Positions 1-9,476 are shown, counted from the first letter of the stretch. The stretch: 64,000 bases of DNA from Candidatus Aminicenantes bacterium (GCA_963702005.1 OY969696.1:1664001-1728000); one strand, 5' to 3'. Translations and numbers: made by a program. Notes: generated by a model from the sequence alone, not told the origin.

Positions 1-41
1 AAGAGCGCGATCAGAGAAGCCTGTCGTTGTCGTTTGATCAT
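1..41 (-). CDS. 5' end of a gene running off the window (MIKRQRQASLIAL..., signal-peptide-like)
   Basis: GGAGG SD 4 nt before ATG at 41 on the minus strand; open to the window edge. Confidence 0.55.
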   Translation of the reverse strand, partial: MIKRQRQASLIAL

Positions 42-255
42 GAAGCCTCCTTGCCGGTTTCTCCGGTCCGCCATCGAAACGGCGGAATTTTCGGGCGCCG
101 TAAGCCTGTTATTCGCGGTATCCCTTCTTTTGATATCACGCGATTTCCCGACAAGTCAATCTTGGAGGGTGGACGGACAAGCGCCTTGACCCGTTCGCCG
201 AGGCTCAGGGTTACCCCTATACAAGCCCGCGCCTGATGGCTGGGGTGTTGAGGGG

Positions 256-285
256 TTGACAGTCTCTTGCTCAAGAACGTAAGAT
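256..285 (+). promoter_or_regulatory. candidate sigma70 promoter
   Basis: TTGACA-N18-TAAGAT upstream of the 351 ORF. Confidence 0.45.
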
Positions 286-350
286 GTCTCCCTCGATCCT
301 TCCCATCGGACGGAAATGGAACCTGAACGCTCTGGCCGCGGGGGACGGAG

Positions 351-2975
351 GTGAGTCGGAACATGAGCGGGAAAGCGAAACCGACCGGGAAGCCCGGGCT
401 GAGGGCGCTGGCTCTGGCCGTGGCGGCGATCTTGTTCTGGGTCGGAGCCGGCCTCGCCGCGACGCGTCTGCCCTCCTATTACGCCCATCCGACCGTGGAA
501 GACGCCCACGGCGTTATCGCCCCCTGGTACCGGGGTTTGAACGGCCAGTTGGACGAACGCGTCCTGATTGCGGTCAACGTCCTGAAACGATACCCCTGGG
601 TGGACAAGCCCAAGGCCGTCCTGGCCGCACCCGACCTGATCTACAATTCCCACTGGAGCATCGCGCCCGACGGAACCATCCGGATTCCGCCCACCAACGA
701 CTGGATGTGCGGGGATCTCTGCCAGCGGGCCTGGAGCATCATCAAGGGATTGACCGCTTACTATCAGTACAGCGGCGATCCGATCGCTTTCATCTATATC
801 CCGCTCACGGTCGATTACATCCTCGATTACGGGCTGACCGACGAGCGGGCCGATTGGCCGCTGTTCCCGATCAGCACGCCGACGCTGGGCAAGGCCTACG
901 GGAAGTGCGACCCTCGAGGGCGCAACCAGCTCGACCTGTGCGCCATCATCGGCATCGAGGTCCTGCGAGCCCATAAGCTGACCGGGAATCCGCGCTACTT
1001 GACGATGGCCAGGCACTGGGGGGATGTCTTCGCCGCCCACGCCCAATTCGCCGAGGCGGATCTCTCTCCCTGGAATCGCTACGTCGATCCCTCGGTCGTC
1101 GGATGGTCCGATGTCCTGACCGGGACGACCTCGATCATCGTCGACTTCCTGGAGGAGCTGATCGCCTGCGGCGGACGGGGAAGGGACGGCCTATGGGTCA
1201 AGGCCCGGGACGCCGGCCGCCGCTTTCTCAACGAGAAGATGTTTCCGGCCTGGTGGCTGAACGACACTTGGGGCCGCACCTACTGGGACTGGGACAACCC
1301 GATGATGTGCGGAATGGTCTCCATGTGCGCCGATCACTTCATGACCTACCCCCGGGTCTATCCCGGCTGGCGGAACGATCTTCGCAACATGCTCTCCCTT
1401 CTCTGGAATCGAAACGGAGCCGACCCGGCCTCGCGGGGCGACGCCTACAGCGGGGCCTGGGCGTTCCCGGAATCCTCGGTCTGCTGCGGAACGTCGCTCT
1501 CCTACAACCAATACACCGCGGGCCCGACCCTGATCCGCTACGGCGTCCTGGCCGACAGCGAATGGGCGCGGGAGATCGGCCGCCGGATGATGATCATGGC
1601 CAGCTACGACAGCTTACCCAACGGAGTCGTCAAGGACGGGCTGCTGGGCGAGCAGGTCGCCACGGGAGATTGGTCGAACCTCGCACACCCCTGGCCGTTA
1701 TGCCGGACCCTGGATGCCATCGCCTGGCTGCCGCGGGAGTTCGGGCCGAACCGGGAAAACCATATTATGCGCTCCGCTTCGGTCGTCAACGAAGTCCTCT
1801 ACGAAAAAGGCCGCATCGCCTACTCGACCTTCGACGCTCCTCAGGGCGGTCGCGATGTCCTGCGGCTGGCCTTCCGCCCCGCCTCGATACGCGCCGACGG
1901 CGTCCGGCTGCGGGAGCGGGTCGACCTCGAAGGCGATGGCTACATCGTGGATCCTCTTCCCAACGGGGACTGCCTGGTCACGATCCGGCACGACGGCCGG
2001 ACCGGACTTGTGGTGGAGGGCGACGATCCTCAGGATGTCGCCGATGATGCGTTCTTCGCCGTGACCGGCTCCTGGATGAGCGTCGAAGATGCGGCGGCAT
2101 GGGGAGGCTCCTATCGCGCGGCCGACCAGGCCGACGCCGCCCTGACCTTCGTGTTCAACGGCAACCGGGTGTGCCTGACGGGCATCGTCGGACCCGAGGG
2201 CGGCTGGGCGGATGCCTACGTCGACGGCGTCAAGGAGCCCACCGTGGTCGAATGCTGGAATCCCACCGTCCGCCGCCGCCAGCCGATCTTCGTCAAGAAG
2301 GGACTGGAGAACGGATCCCATGAGCTGAAGATCGTTCTGCGGGGAGCGGGGAATCCTCTGGCGCGGGGGATGCGGATCATGGTCGACTCGGCCCAGGTCT
2401 CGGCGGCGAGCGGAGAGGCGGGAACGGGTTCGGGCGGAGGCCCCCGGGAAGCCCAACGGCTCATCTTCGGCACGACCGAACGGCGGGACTACGTCGACGG
2501 CGGCGGCAACGCTTGGCGGCCGGGCACAGAGTTCGTGACCCGTTCCGGTAACGGAGCGGACACCGTCGCCCGCTGCTGGTGGAACTGCCGCCGGAGCATG
2601 TACATCGGCGGGACCAAGGATGAAGAGATCTACCGCTACGGGGTCCATGCGCCCGAATTCTGGGTGAACCTCACCGTGGCGCCCGGCACCTACTTAGTGC
2701 GGCTGCACTGGGCCGACACGCCCGAGACGCCCTGGATGGAACGAGAGGGCGAATGGGAATCCGTCTCCCGCCCGACGACCGTCGCGATCAACGGCGTTAC
2801 CGTCGTCGAGAACCTGAATGTCCGGAAAGAGGTCGGGACGTTCCGCGCCTACGTCCGGGATTTCCCCGGCATCGTCCCCCAGAACGGTGTCATCGAGCTC
2901 CGCTTCACATCCACGCCCGGCCACGAGGCGATGATCCAGGCCGTCGAGGTCCTTCCGGCCGGCGCCGAACGCTGA
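351..2975 (+). CDS. secreted multidomain protein: putative helical-barrel glycosidase-like N-terminus, CBM-like middle, malectin-like C-terminus
   Basis: 874-aa ORF with signal peptide; C-terminus (EEIYRYG...YLVRLHWAD...VAING...IELRF...AMIQAVEVL) resembles malectin; start may be ATG 363. Confidence 0.65.
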   Translation: MSRNMSGKAKPTGKPGLRALALAVAAILFWVGAGLAATRLPSYYAHPTVEDAHGVIAPWYRGLNGQLDERVLIAVNVLKRYPWVDKPKAVLAAPDLIYNSHWSIAPDGTIRIPPTNDWMCGDLCQRAWSIIKGLTAYYQYSGDPIAFIYIPLTVDYILDYGLTDERADWPLFPISTPTLGKAYGKCDPRGRNQLDLCAIIGIEVLRAHKLTGNPRYLTMARHWGDVFAAHAQFAEADLSPWNRYVDPSVVGWSDVLTGTTSIIVDFLEELIACGGRGRDGLWVKARDAGRRFLNEKMFPAWWLNDTWGRTYWDWDNPMMCGMVSMCADHFMTYPRVYPGWRNDLRNMLSLLWNRNGADPASRGDAYSGAWAFPESSVCCGTSLSYNQYTAGPTLIRYGVLADSEWAREIGRRMMIMASYDSLPNGVVKDGLLGEQVATGDWSNLAHPWPLCRTLDAIAWLPREFGPNRENHIMRSASVVNEVLYEKGRIAYSTFDAPQGGRDVLRLAFRPASIRADGVRLRERVDLEGDGYIVDPLPNGDCLVTIRHDGRTGLVVEGDDPQDVADDAFFAVTGSWMSVEDAAAWGGSYRAADQADAALTFVFNGNRVCLTGIVGPEGGWADAYVDGVKEPTVVECWNPTVRRRQPIFVKKGLENGSHELKIVLRGAGNPLARGMRIMVDSAQVSAASGEAGTGSGGGPREAQRLIFGTTERRDYVDGGGNAWRPGTEFVTRSGNGADTVARCWWNCRRSMYIGGTKDEEIYRYGVHAPEFWVNLTVAPGTYLVRLHWADTPETPWMEREGEWESVSRPTTVAINGVTVVENLNVRKEVGTFRAYVRDFPGIVPQNGVIELRFTSTPGHEAMIQAVEVLPAGAER

Positions 2976-3012
2976 GGATGATCGGAACGGTCTCCATCGC
3001 GTCAAGAGAGTC

Positions 3013-4251
3013 ATGTCCGCCGATAAGCTTCGGGGCATCCAAGACTTATGGGAGAGACACGCCCGGCAGGACCCCCTCTGGGCCATCCTGTCCGACCCCG
3101 CCAAGAAAGGCCGGAAATGGGGGTTGGCCGAGTTTTTCGAGACGGGGCGGCGCGAAATCTCAATCCTTCTTTATCGGCTGGAGAGCCTGGCCATTCTTTT
3201 CGGCAGGGAAGGGGCGCTCGATTTTGGCTGCGGCATCGGCCGCCTGACGTTGGCGCTGGCGCCTCACTTTGAGCGGGTGGCCGGCGTCGACGTCTCGGAG
3301 ACCATGATCCGACTCGCCGAGAAGTTCAACCGGTTTCCGGACAAGGTCCGCTACCATGTCAATCCGGAAGCCCACCTGAAAATTTTCCCGGACGAGACTT
3401 TCGACTTCGTCTACACGAACATCGTCCTTCAACACATCCAGCCGGAGTTGTCTTTGGCCTACCTGGGAGAATTTCTCAGGGTCCTGCGGCCCGAAGGGCT
3501 CCTGGTCTTCCAAGTGCCGTCTCACCTCCGCGACAAGAGCTCCCTGCCCCTCGACGTCGGGCCGATGAGCGACGCGGCCTATGCCTCCGCAATCAGGCTG
3601 GAGGATGTGCCGGCGGCGCCGCTCAAGCCGTCCGCCGAGTTCGTCCTCAAGGTCTACATCCGGAACGCGAGCCGCGAGGACTGGGTCCGGAACGAGGCGG
3701 CCCCGATCCGCGCCGGCAACCATTGGCTGACGCGGGACGGAGAGACCATGCTCATCCAGGACGACGGCCGGACGCTCTTGCCGAGGGTTCTCGCCGCCGG
3801 CGATGAATGCCTCGTCTATTTGGCCGTCCGGGCGCCCGGCCGGCCGGGCGTGTATCTCTGCGAGGTGGATCTCGCCCATGAGTCCATATCCTGGTTCAAG
3901 GACAAGGGCGCCGCGGCCGTCCGCTTCCCCGTCGAGATCGGGGGAGACGATAGCCGGGCGATCGACCGGGCGTCGCTGCCTTCCGGAACTCAAGATCTTT
4001 TTGATCTCACGCCGTTCCCATCTTCGTCCCCCGACGAGGCCGCCCTCGGGGCGCTGGACGAACTCTATCGAGAAGAACCGGGCGCGGCCCCTGAACCCGG
4101 GGATTTTCCGATGCACGGCATCCCCAAGGACCGAGTCGTGGATTTTCTGGTTTCGAAGGGGGCTTTCATCATTCGCATCGAAGAGGACGAACACGGAGGC
4201 CGGGAGTGGGTCGGCTTCCGGTATTTCGTCCGCCGTCGTTCGGCCGATTGA
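3013..4251 (+). CDS. class I SAM-dependent methyltransferase with an inserted Ig-like domain
   Basis: motif I ALDFGCGIGR, GVDVSETM, FDFVYTNIVLQH, RVLRPEG. Confidence 0.85.
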   Translation: MSADKLRGIQDLWERHARQDPLWAILSDPAKKGRKWGLAEFFETGRREISILLYRLESLAILFGREGALDFGCGIGRLTLALAPHFERVAGVDVSETMIRLAEKFNRFPDKVRYHVNPEAHLKIFPDETFDFVYTNIVLQHIQPELSLAYLGEFLRVLRPEGLLVFQVPSHLRDKSSLPLDVGPMSDAAYASAIRLEDVPAAPLKPSAEFVLKVYIRNASREDWVRNEAAPIRAGNHWLTRDGETMLIQDDGRTLLPRVLAAGDECLVYLAVRAPGRPGVYLCEVDLAHESISWFKDKGAAAVRFPVEIGGDDSRAIDRASLPSGTQDLFDLTPFPSSSPDEAALGALDELYREEPGAAPEPGDFPMHGIPKDRVVDFLVSKGAFIIRIEEDEHGGREWVGFRYFVRRRSAD

Positions 4252-4283
4252 CCGGCCCATGCTATACTCATCACGGATAATAA

Positions 4284-4448
4284 AGGCAGCAGAATATTTG
4301 GCCGATTTCGCCCACCTATTGTTACTGCACCCAGGGGTGGACCAAGGCCGTCTACGCGGCGCTGACCGGAAAGCCGGTCCGCGTCGCGCTCCGCGCCTCG
4401 ATCAAGCGCGGCGACCCCAAGTGCCTCGTCGAGGTCGATCTCGCCTGA
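4284..4448 (+). pseudogene. 3' remnant of a Cys-containing protein (DUF6144/V4R-like C-terminus, tentative)
   Basis: frame reads PISPTYCYCTQGWTKAVYAALTGKPVRVALRASIKRGDPKCLVEVDLA* with GC3-rich codons, preceded by TAA TAA and no start codon. Confidence 0.55.
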
Positions 4449-4468
4449 GGGCCGCCCGCGCCGCTCGA

Positions 4469-6886
4469 TCACCGAGAGCGGGCCCGGTTTTTCTTCCAGC
4501 GGAGGCGCTGGGCTATCCCCATTAAAATGTAGAGCGGGCCGTATAAGCCGGCCGCGACGGCCGTGGCCCCGATGTTGCCGCCCTGGAGGAGCGAAACCCA
4601 CAGCCCGAACTGCTGGTCGCTGATGAGGTAGGTCCAGGTCGAGGATGGCCCGCGCAGGCCCATTCGGTCCAGGTCGAGCCGGTCCGGATCGGCGGGAAGC
4701 GATCGGAATGATCTCAGGATTCCGGTTTCGATCTTGGGCTCCAGCTTGACGAATTCCTCGTTGGCGATCCTTTGGAATTCGGCGATCGGAGACCGTCCCC
4801 CCACGCTCTCCAGGTGGATGCCCTCGCGGACATAGGCCAGGACGGCCAAGTGCTCCATCCAGGCGCGGTCGATCTCGCGGAGGGCGATCCGCCGCTCGAT
4901 CTCGGCCCAGGCGTCCGGAGTCATCCGTGAGCGATGGCCAGCCCCGATCCGGCGGACTTTGGCCTCCAGCGGATCCGGCAATCCGTCACCGCCCAGGATC
5001 TCCTCGCGCCAGCCCTGGATGATTTGGCGCTGCTTCTCAATAAGGTAGGCGTATTTCCAGAGGGTTTTGCGGATTTCGAAGTTTTGACCCTCGATGATCC
5101 GCTGGCCCCGAGCGATCTCGCGGGCGACCAGGGGATTTTCAAGCGGGCCATTCCGCCGTAGCGAGCGAAGGCTTTTGGGCAGGAGGTTCCGGAGACCGTA
5201 CTTCTCGACGAGCGGATCTTCGAGGCTGACGAAAAAGCGGGACGAACCGGGATCGCCTTGGCGCCCCGCCCGCCCCCGGAGCTGCCGGTCGATCCGCAGG
5301 TTTTCGTGCCGGTTCGTGCCGATGACGTAAAGGCCGCCCCTGCCGACGACCTTGTCCCGCTCCTGCTCTTTGTCTCCGCCGAGTTTAATGTCAGTCCCCC
5401 GGCCGGCCATGTTCGTCGAAATGGTCACGGCGCCGGGGCGGCCCGCCTGGGCGATGATCTCGGCCTCGAGCTCGTCGTTCTTGGCGTTGAGGACCCGGCA
5501 GTCGATGTCTTTCCCCTGCAGGGCGGCCGCCAGCTCCTCGGACTCCTTGATGCTGGCCGTGCCGACCAGGACCGGCCGGCCGACGGCATGCAGGCATCCG
5601 ATCTCCTCGATCAGGGCCTCGGCCTTGGCCGCCTTGTGCGTGAAGACCGCGTCCGGCAGATCCTTCCGGATGCAGGGACGGTGCGGGGGAATGACGACGG
5701 TCCTCAGCCCGTAGAACTCGTGGATCTCGCCGGCGGCGCTTTGCGCGGTTGCGGTCATTCCGCCGACCTTGGGGTAGAGGCGGATGAAGTGCTGAAGGGT
5801 GATCGAGCCCAGGATGGATCCGCCAGCGCCCGGCCCGAGCCGTTCCTTGGCCTCGACCGCGGCCTGGAGGCCGTCGGGCCAGTGGCGGTCTTCGACGACG
5901 CGGCCCGTGAATTCGTCGACGATCTCGGCCTTTCCGTCGCGGACGATATAGTCCACGTCGCGCCGCAGGAGATACTCGGCATGGAGGGCCTGATGAACGC
6001 CGGTCAGGATATCGATGGCCCCGGGCGCGTGGAGGTCCAGACCGCCCAGCCTGCCCTCGATTCTCCCCAAACCCTGGTCGGTCAGGACAAGGTTGCGCTC
6101 CCCTTCGTCCGTCTCGAAGTCGAGGCCGGACCGGAGCCCTTTGACGACCTCGGCCAATCCGACCGGGACGGCCGTCTCCGCCTCCAGCCGGCCGGCGATG
6201 ACGAGCGGGACGCGGGCCTCGTCGATGAGGATGGAATCGGCTTCGTCGACGACCGCGCAATGAAACGGCCTTTGGACGAGGTCGGCCCGGGCGTAGCAGA
6301 GATGATCGCGGAGGTAATCGAAGCCGGCCTCCTTGGCCGTCGCGTAGGTGATGTCCGAAGCGTAAGCCCTTTTCCGGTCCGTCTGAGGCATCCCTTCCTG
6401 TACGCAGCCGACGCTCAGGCCAAGGAATTCGTAGATGGGCCCCATCCAGGCGGCATCCCGGCGGGCCAGGTAATCGTTGAAGGTCAGGATGTGGACCCCT
6501 CGTCCGGTCAGAGCGTTTAGGGCGCCCGGAAAGACCGCGGCCAGCGTTTTACCCTCGCCGGTGTTCATCTCGACGACGCGGCCTTGATGAAGGGCGATCC
6601 CGGCCATGACCTGCTCGTCGAACGGCTTGAGCCCGATTCTCCGCCAGGCCGCTTCCCGGACGAGGCCGAACGCCTCGACCAAGAGAACGTCCGCAGCCTC
6701 GCCTCGGCAGGCCCGCTCCCTCAACCGCGCCGCTCTTTCTTGAAGCTCGCCGTCCGCCGAGCGGCCGAAGTCGAGGCGGCCGATCGCCGCCAGCGTTTTT
6801 CGATAGCCGGCCAGATCATATTGAATGGGAATGCCGCGCGTCCTGTTCCAGAAATCCTTAATCCGGGTCTTGGCGGGTAAAATCAT
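4469..6886 (-). CDS. secA2: accessory protein translocase ATPase SecA2
   Basis: MNTGEGKT Walker A, VDEADSILIDEARVPLVI, STNMAGRGTDIKLG, QLRGRAGRQGDPG; short, no C-terminal Zn finger, GPSSTWTYL tail; SD GGAGAGGAG 5 nt before ATG 6886. Confidence 0.88.
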   Translation of the reverse strand: MILPAKTRIKDFWNRTRGIPIQYDLAGYRKTLAAIGRLDFGRSADGELQERAARLRERACRGEAADVLLVEAFGLVREAAWRRIGLKPFDEQVMAGIALHQGRVVEMNTGEGKTLAAVFPGALNALTGRGVHILTFNDYLARRDAAWMGPIYEFLGLSVGCVQEGMPQTDRKRAYASDITYATAKEAGFDYLRDHLCYARADLVQRPFHCAVVDEADSILIDEARVPLVIAGRLEAETAVPVGLAEVVKGLRSGLDFETDEGERNLVLTDQGLGRIEGRLGGLDLHAPGAIDILTGVHQALHAEYLLRRDVDYIVRDGKAEIVDEFTGRVVEDRHWPDGLQAAVEAKERLGPGAGGSILGSITLQHFIRLYPKVGGMTATAQSAAGEIHEFYGLRTVVIPPHRPCIRKDLPDAVFTHKAAKAEALIEEIGCLHAVGRPVLVGTASIKESEELAAALQGKDIDCRVLNAKNDELEAEIIAQAGRPGAVTISTNMAGRGTDIKLGGDKEQERDKVVGRGGLYVIGTNRHENLRIDRQLRGRAGRQGDPGSSRFFVSLEDPLVEKYGLRNLLPKSLRSLRRNGPLENPLVAREIARGQRIIEGQNFEIRKTLWKYAYLIEKQRQIIQGWREEILGGDGLPDPLEAKVRRIGAGHRSRMTPDAWAEIERRIALREIDRAWMEHLAVLAYVREGIHLESVGGRSPIAEFQRIANEEFVKLEPKIETGILRSFRSLPADPDRLDLDRMGLRGPSSTWTYLISDQQFGLWVSLLQGGNIGATAVAAGLYGPLYILMGIAQRLRWKKNRARSR

Positions 6887-6891
6887 CTTGA

Positions 6892-6960
6892 CTCCTCTCC
6901 GGTTCATAAACCCGATGACGATTCGAACAGACTTCAGGGGAAATAGTTAGAGGAGAGGAG
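6892..6960 (-). promoter_or_regulatory. anti-SD/SD pairing able to occlude the secA2 ribosome-binding site
   Basis: mRNA CUCCUCUCC (6960-6952, inside the leader ORF's Pro-Pro-Leu-Leu codons) is the exact reverse complement of GGAGAGGAG (6900-6892). Confidence 0.7.
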
Positions 6961-7189
6961 GGCTTCTGGGCGAGGTAGTTCCCAGAACGTATTGCGGGAC
7001 TAAAAAAGAGCGTCGCTTGGATGAAACGGGCGCGCCGGCAAGATTTATGCTAAGAACCCATACCAAAAGCAAGAGCAGGGGAGGGACGATCAGCCCGACG
7101 AGGAACAGAAGCGGCAGCCAGAGGGCCAAGAACCCCCCCCGATCGGGCGCGGTCATTTTCGTCCAAGCCGTCCGGGATGTTTCGATCAT
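6947..7189 (-). CDS. candidate secA2 leader / ribosome-arrest peptide (hydrophobic segment plus C-terminal RSPP)
   Basis: 80-aa ORF with a long hydrophobic stretch, ending GTTSPRSPPLL*, 60 nt upstream of secA2 and behind a consensus promoter. Confidence 0.7.
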   Translation of the reverse strand: MIETSRTAWTKMTAPDRGGFLALWLPLLFLVGLIVPPLLLLLVWVLSINLAGAPVSSKRRSFLVPQYVLGTTSPRSPPLL

Positions 7190-7219
7190 TATTTACGGCG
7201 TTTCCTGCTTCAAGAGGAA

Positions 7220-7248
7220 ATAATAAGCCGCCGCCTCGGCGTTGTCAA
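7220..7248 (-). promoter_or_regulatory. sigma70 promoter for leader ORF-secA2
   Basis: TTGACA (7248-7243)-N17-TATTAT (7225-7220). Confidence 0.65.
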
Positions 7249-7360
7249 TGAACGGGGGAGCCGAGATCTCGTCGCCGCCGCGAAGCCGGAGGCTGAGCCT
7301 CGGTTCCATTTGCGGCGGCCCCGCCTTCCGGGGTATGATCTTCCTGAAAAGGAGGACGCC

Positions 7361-8647
7361 ATGCCCACCCGAAAGCGGCTTCTCGTTTTCATCGCCGTTC
7401 TCACCTTAACTTTCGTTTTGGCCGCCGCGGCGGATTTTCCTCAAGGAAATTCCCGGGAGCTCGGATTCGACCCGGTACGGCTGGGGCGGGTTGACGCCCT
7501 GTTCGAAGGATTCATCGCCCAGGGGAAGCTCTCCGGCGCCGTCGCCCTCGTCTTGAAGGACGGCAAAGCCGTTCTTTATAAATCCTACGGCAAGATGGAC
7601 CGGGAGGCCGGGATTCCCATGCCCAAGGACGCCGTCTTCCGGATCGCCTCTATGTCAAAAGCCCTGACCGCGGCTGCGGTCATGATACTTTACGAGGAGG
7701 GCCGATTCCTCCTCCAGGACCCCGTCGTTAAATTTATCCCGGAATTCGCCGAGCCATCCGTGGCCGTGCCCCTTCCGGTCGGCGTTCAATCCGCGGCCAA
7801 ATACTACCTGGAAAAAGCGCATCGGCCCATGACCATCCATCAGCTTTTGACCCATACCTCGGGCTTAACCTACGGCTACGACATCTCCCAGGACGCTTGG
7901 AAGGAAGCGGGCATCCAGGGCTGGTACCTGGCGGCCCGTAATGAGACCATCGGCGACGTCGTCAAACGGATGGCCAAGCTCCCCCTCGACGGCCACCCCG
8001 GCGAGAAATGGCTCTACGGCTATTCGTCCGACGTCCTGGGATATCTCGTCGAGGTTGCCTCGGGGATGCCGTTCGACCGCTTCTTGGAGGAGCGCCTCTT
8101 TAGGCCGCTCCGGATGACCGACACATCCTTCTGGATGACCAACGGCAAGGCCGCCCGCTTCGCGCCCGTCTACGGCCTTTCCCCGGAGGGCGTCCTGACC
8201 AAGAACGAGGACAACGCCAAGACCGATTACCTCAAAGGCCCCAAGAAGTGTCTCTCGGGGGGAGCCGGGATCCTGTCGACGGCCGTCGATTACGGCCGAT
8301 TCCTCCAGATGCTCCTTAACGGCGGGGTCCTCGACGGCGTCCGCGTCCTCAGCCCCAAGTCGGTGGAGCTCATGCATGTCAACGCGACACGCGACCTCTA
8401 CCGCCGCGACGGCTGGGGACGGGGGGAGACCTTCGGATTGGGCTTCTGGGTCAGGGAGGATATCGGGACCTACGGCGAGCTCGGCTCGAAAGGAGCCTTC
8501 GGCTGGGGGTCGGCCTATTATCCCATCTACTGGGTCGATCCCGAGCAAAGGCTGGTCGGCCTGTTCATGACGCAGCTCATGCCGGCCGCGGATCTTCCCC
8601 TCAGCCGGCAGTTCCCGGTCATGGTCTACCAGGCCCTGGTCCGCTGA
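7361..8647 (+). CDS. secreted serine hydrolase, beta-lactamase class C-like family
   Basis: FRIASMSK (SxxK), LLTHTSGL, PGEKWLYG; GGAGG SD before ATG 7361; signal peptide. Confidence 0.9.
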   Translation: MPTRKRLLVFIAVLTLTFVLAAAADFPQGNSRELGFDPVRLGRVDALFEGFIAQGKLSGAVALVLKDGKAVLYKSYGKMDREAGIPMPKDAVFRIASMSKALTAAAVMILYEEGRFLLQDPVVKFIPEFAEPSVAVPLPVGVQSAAKYYLEKAHRPMTIHQLLTHTSGLTYGYDISQDAWKEAGIQGWYLAARNETIGDVVKRMAKLPLDGHPGEKWLYGYSSDVLGYLVEVASGMPFDRFLEERLFRPLRMTDTSFWMTNGKAARFAPVYGLSPEGVLTKNEDNAKTDYLKGPKKCLSGGAGILSTAVDYGRFLQMLLNGGVLDGVRVLSPKSVELMHVNATRDLYRRDGWGRGETFGLGFWVREDIGTYGELGSKGAFGWGSAYYPIYWVDPEQRLVGLFMTQLMPAADLPLSRQFPVMVYQALVR

Positions 8648-8685
8648 TGATGGGCCGGAATGTTCCAAATTCAAAGGGGGTTCCG

Positions 8686-9465
8686 ATGACCTTTGACCTC
8701 AAAAAGTGTTCATGGGTTCTGATCTTTCTGGCCTTCGTCTCATGGGGCCGCGCTTTCGCGCAGGCCGCCGCGGAGATCCCCGATGATCAGGCGAAGGAAC
8801 GGTTGGGCTATATCGAGAACGCCCTCGGCACGGCCCAGCCGCGCGCCAGAACCTGGTGGTACGGTTGGCTGGCCGGCTATGCGACCGCGACCGCGGCGCA
8901 GTGGGGCCTTTCCGCCGCCCATTGGAACGACGTCAAGCCGGCCGATGATTCGCCGAATGCTCCCAAAGTCCGCGACCGCGAGTTCGCCCAGGATATGCTC
9001 GTGGGCGGGGCGACCACGGCCCTCGGCGTCGGCGGCCTGTTGATGGACTCCTTCCTGCCGGCTTACGGCGTCAAAAAATTGAAATCCTTTCCGGACGGCA
9101 CGCCCGAAGAGCGCCGAGTCAAGCTCGCTGAGGCCGAGGAGCTTCTTCGCCGCTGCGCCGAGCGGGAGAAAGCGGGGCGAGGCTGGACCACCCATCTCCT
9201 CAACCTAGGCGCCAACGCGGCGGCCGGGATCGTGACCGCGGCCGCCTTCAAACGGCCTTGGAGCGACGGGCTTATCACCTTCGCCATCGGAGAAGCCGTC
9301 TCCCTGGCCAATATCTTCATCCAGCCGCGCCGGGCGATCCGCGATTGGAATAATTATCAAGTCCGCTACCTGGGCAAGGAAGGAGCGCTCCTTCCCGCGC
9401 CCGCCGAAAGCCGCTGGTCGCTCAGCGTCTTTCCGGGCGGGCTGAGCCTCTCCCTTCAATTTTAA
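8686..9465 (+). CDS. hypothetical exported/membrane protein
   Basis: signal peptide, several hydrophobic helices, C-terminal LSLQF. Confidence 0.65.
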   Translation: MTFDLKKCSWVLIFLAFVSWGRAFAQAAAEIPDDQAKERLGYIENALGTAQPRARTWWYGWLAGYATATAAQWGLSAAHWNDVKPADDSPNAPKVRDREFAQDMLVGGATTALGVGGLLMDSFLPAYGVKKLKSFPDGTPEERRVKLAEAEELLRRCAEREKAGRGWTTHLLNLGANAAAGIVTAAAFKRPWSDGLITFAIGEAVSLANIFIQPRRAIRDWNNYQVRYLGKEGALLPAPAESRWSLSVFPGGLSLSLQF

Positions 9466-9476
9466 CTTGCCGCAGC

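Noticed and set aside
42-350. Riboswitch or ncRNA in the first intergenic region (also 13470-13690 and 15200-15400)
   Set aside because: Only short GC-rich pairings; no recognisable aptamer consensus by eye. An Rfam scan would settle it.
7361-8647. Bona fide beta-lactam resistance gene
   Set aside because: Motifs fit the broad esterase/peptidase serine-hydrolase family; no specific AmpC evidence.
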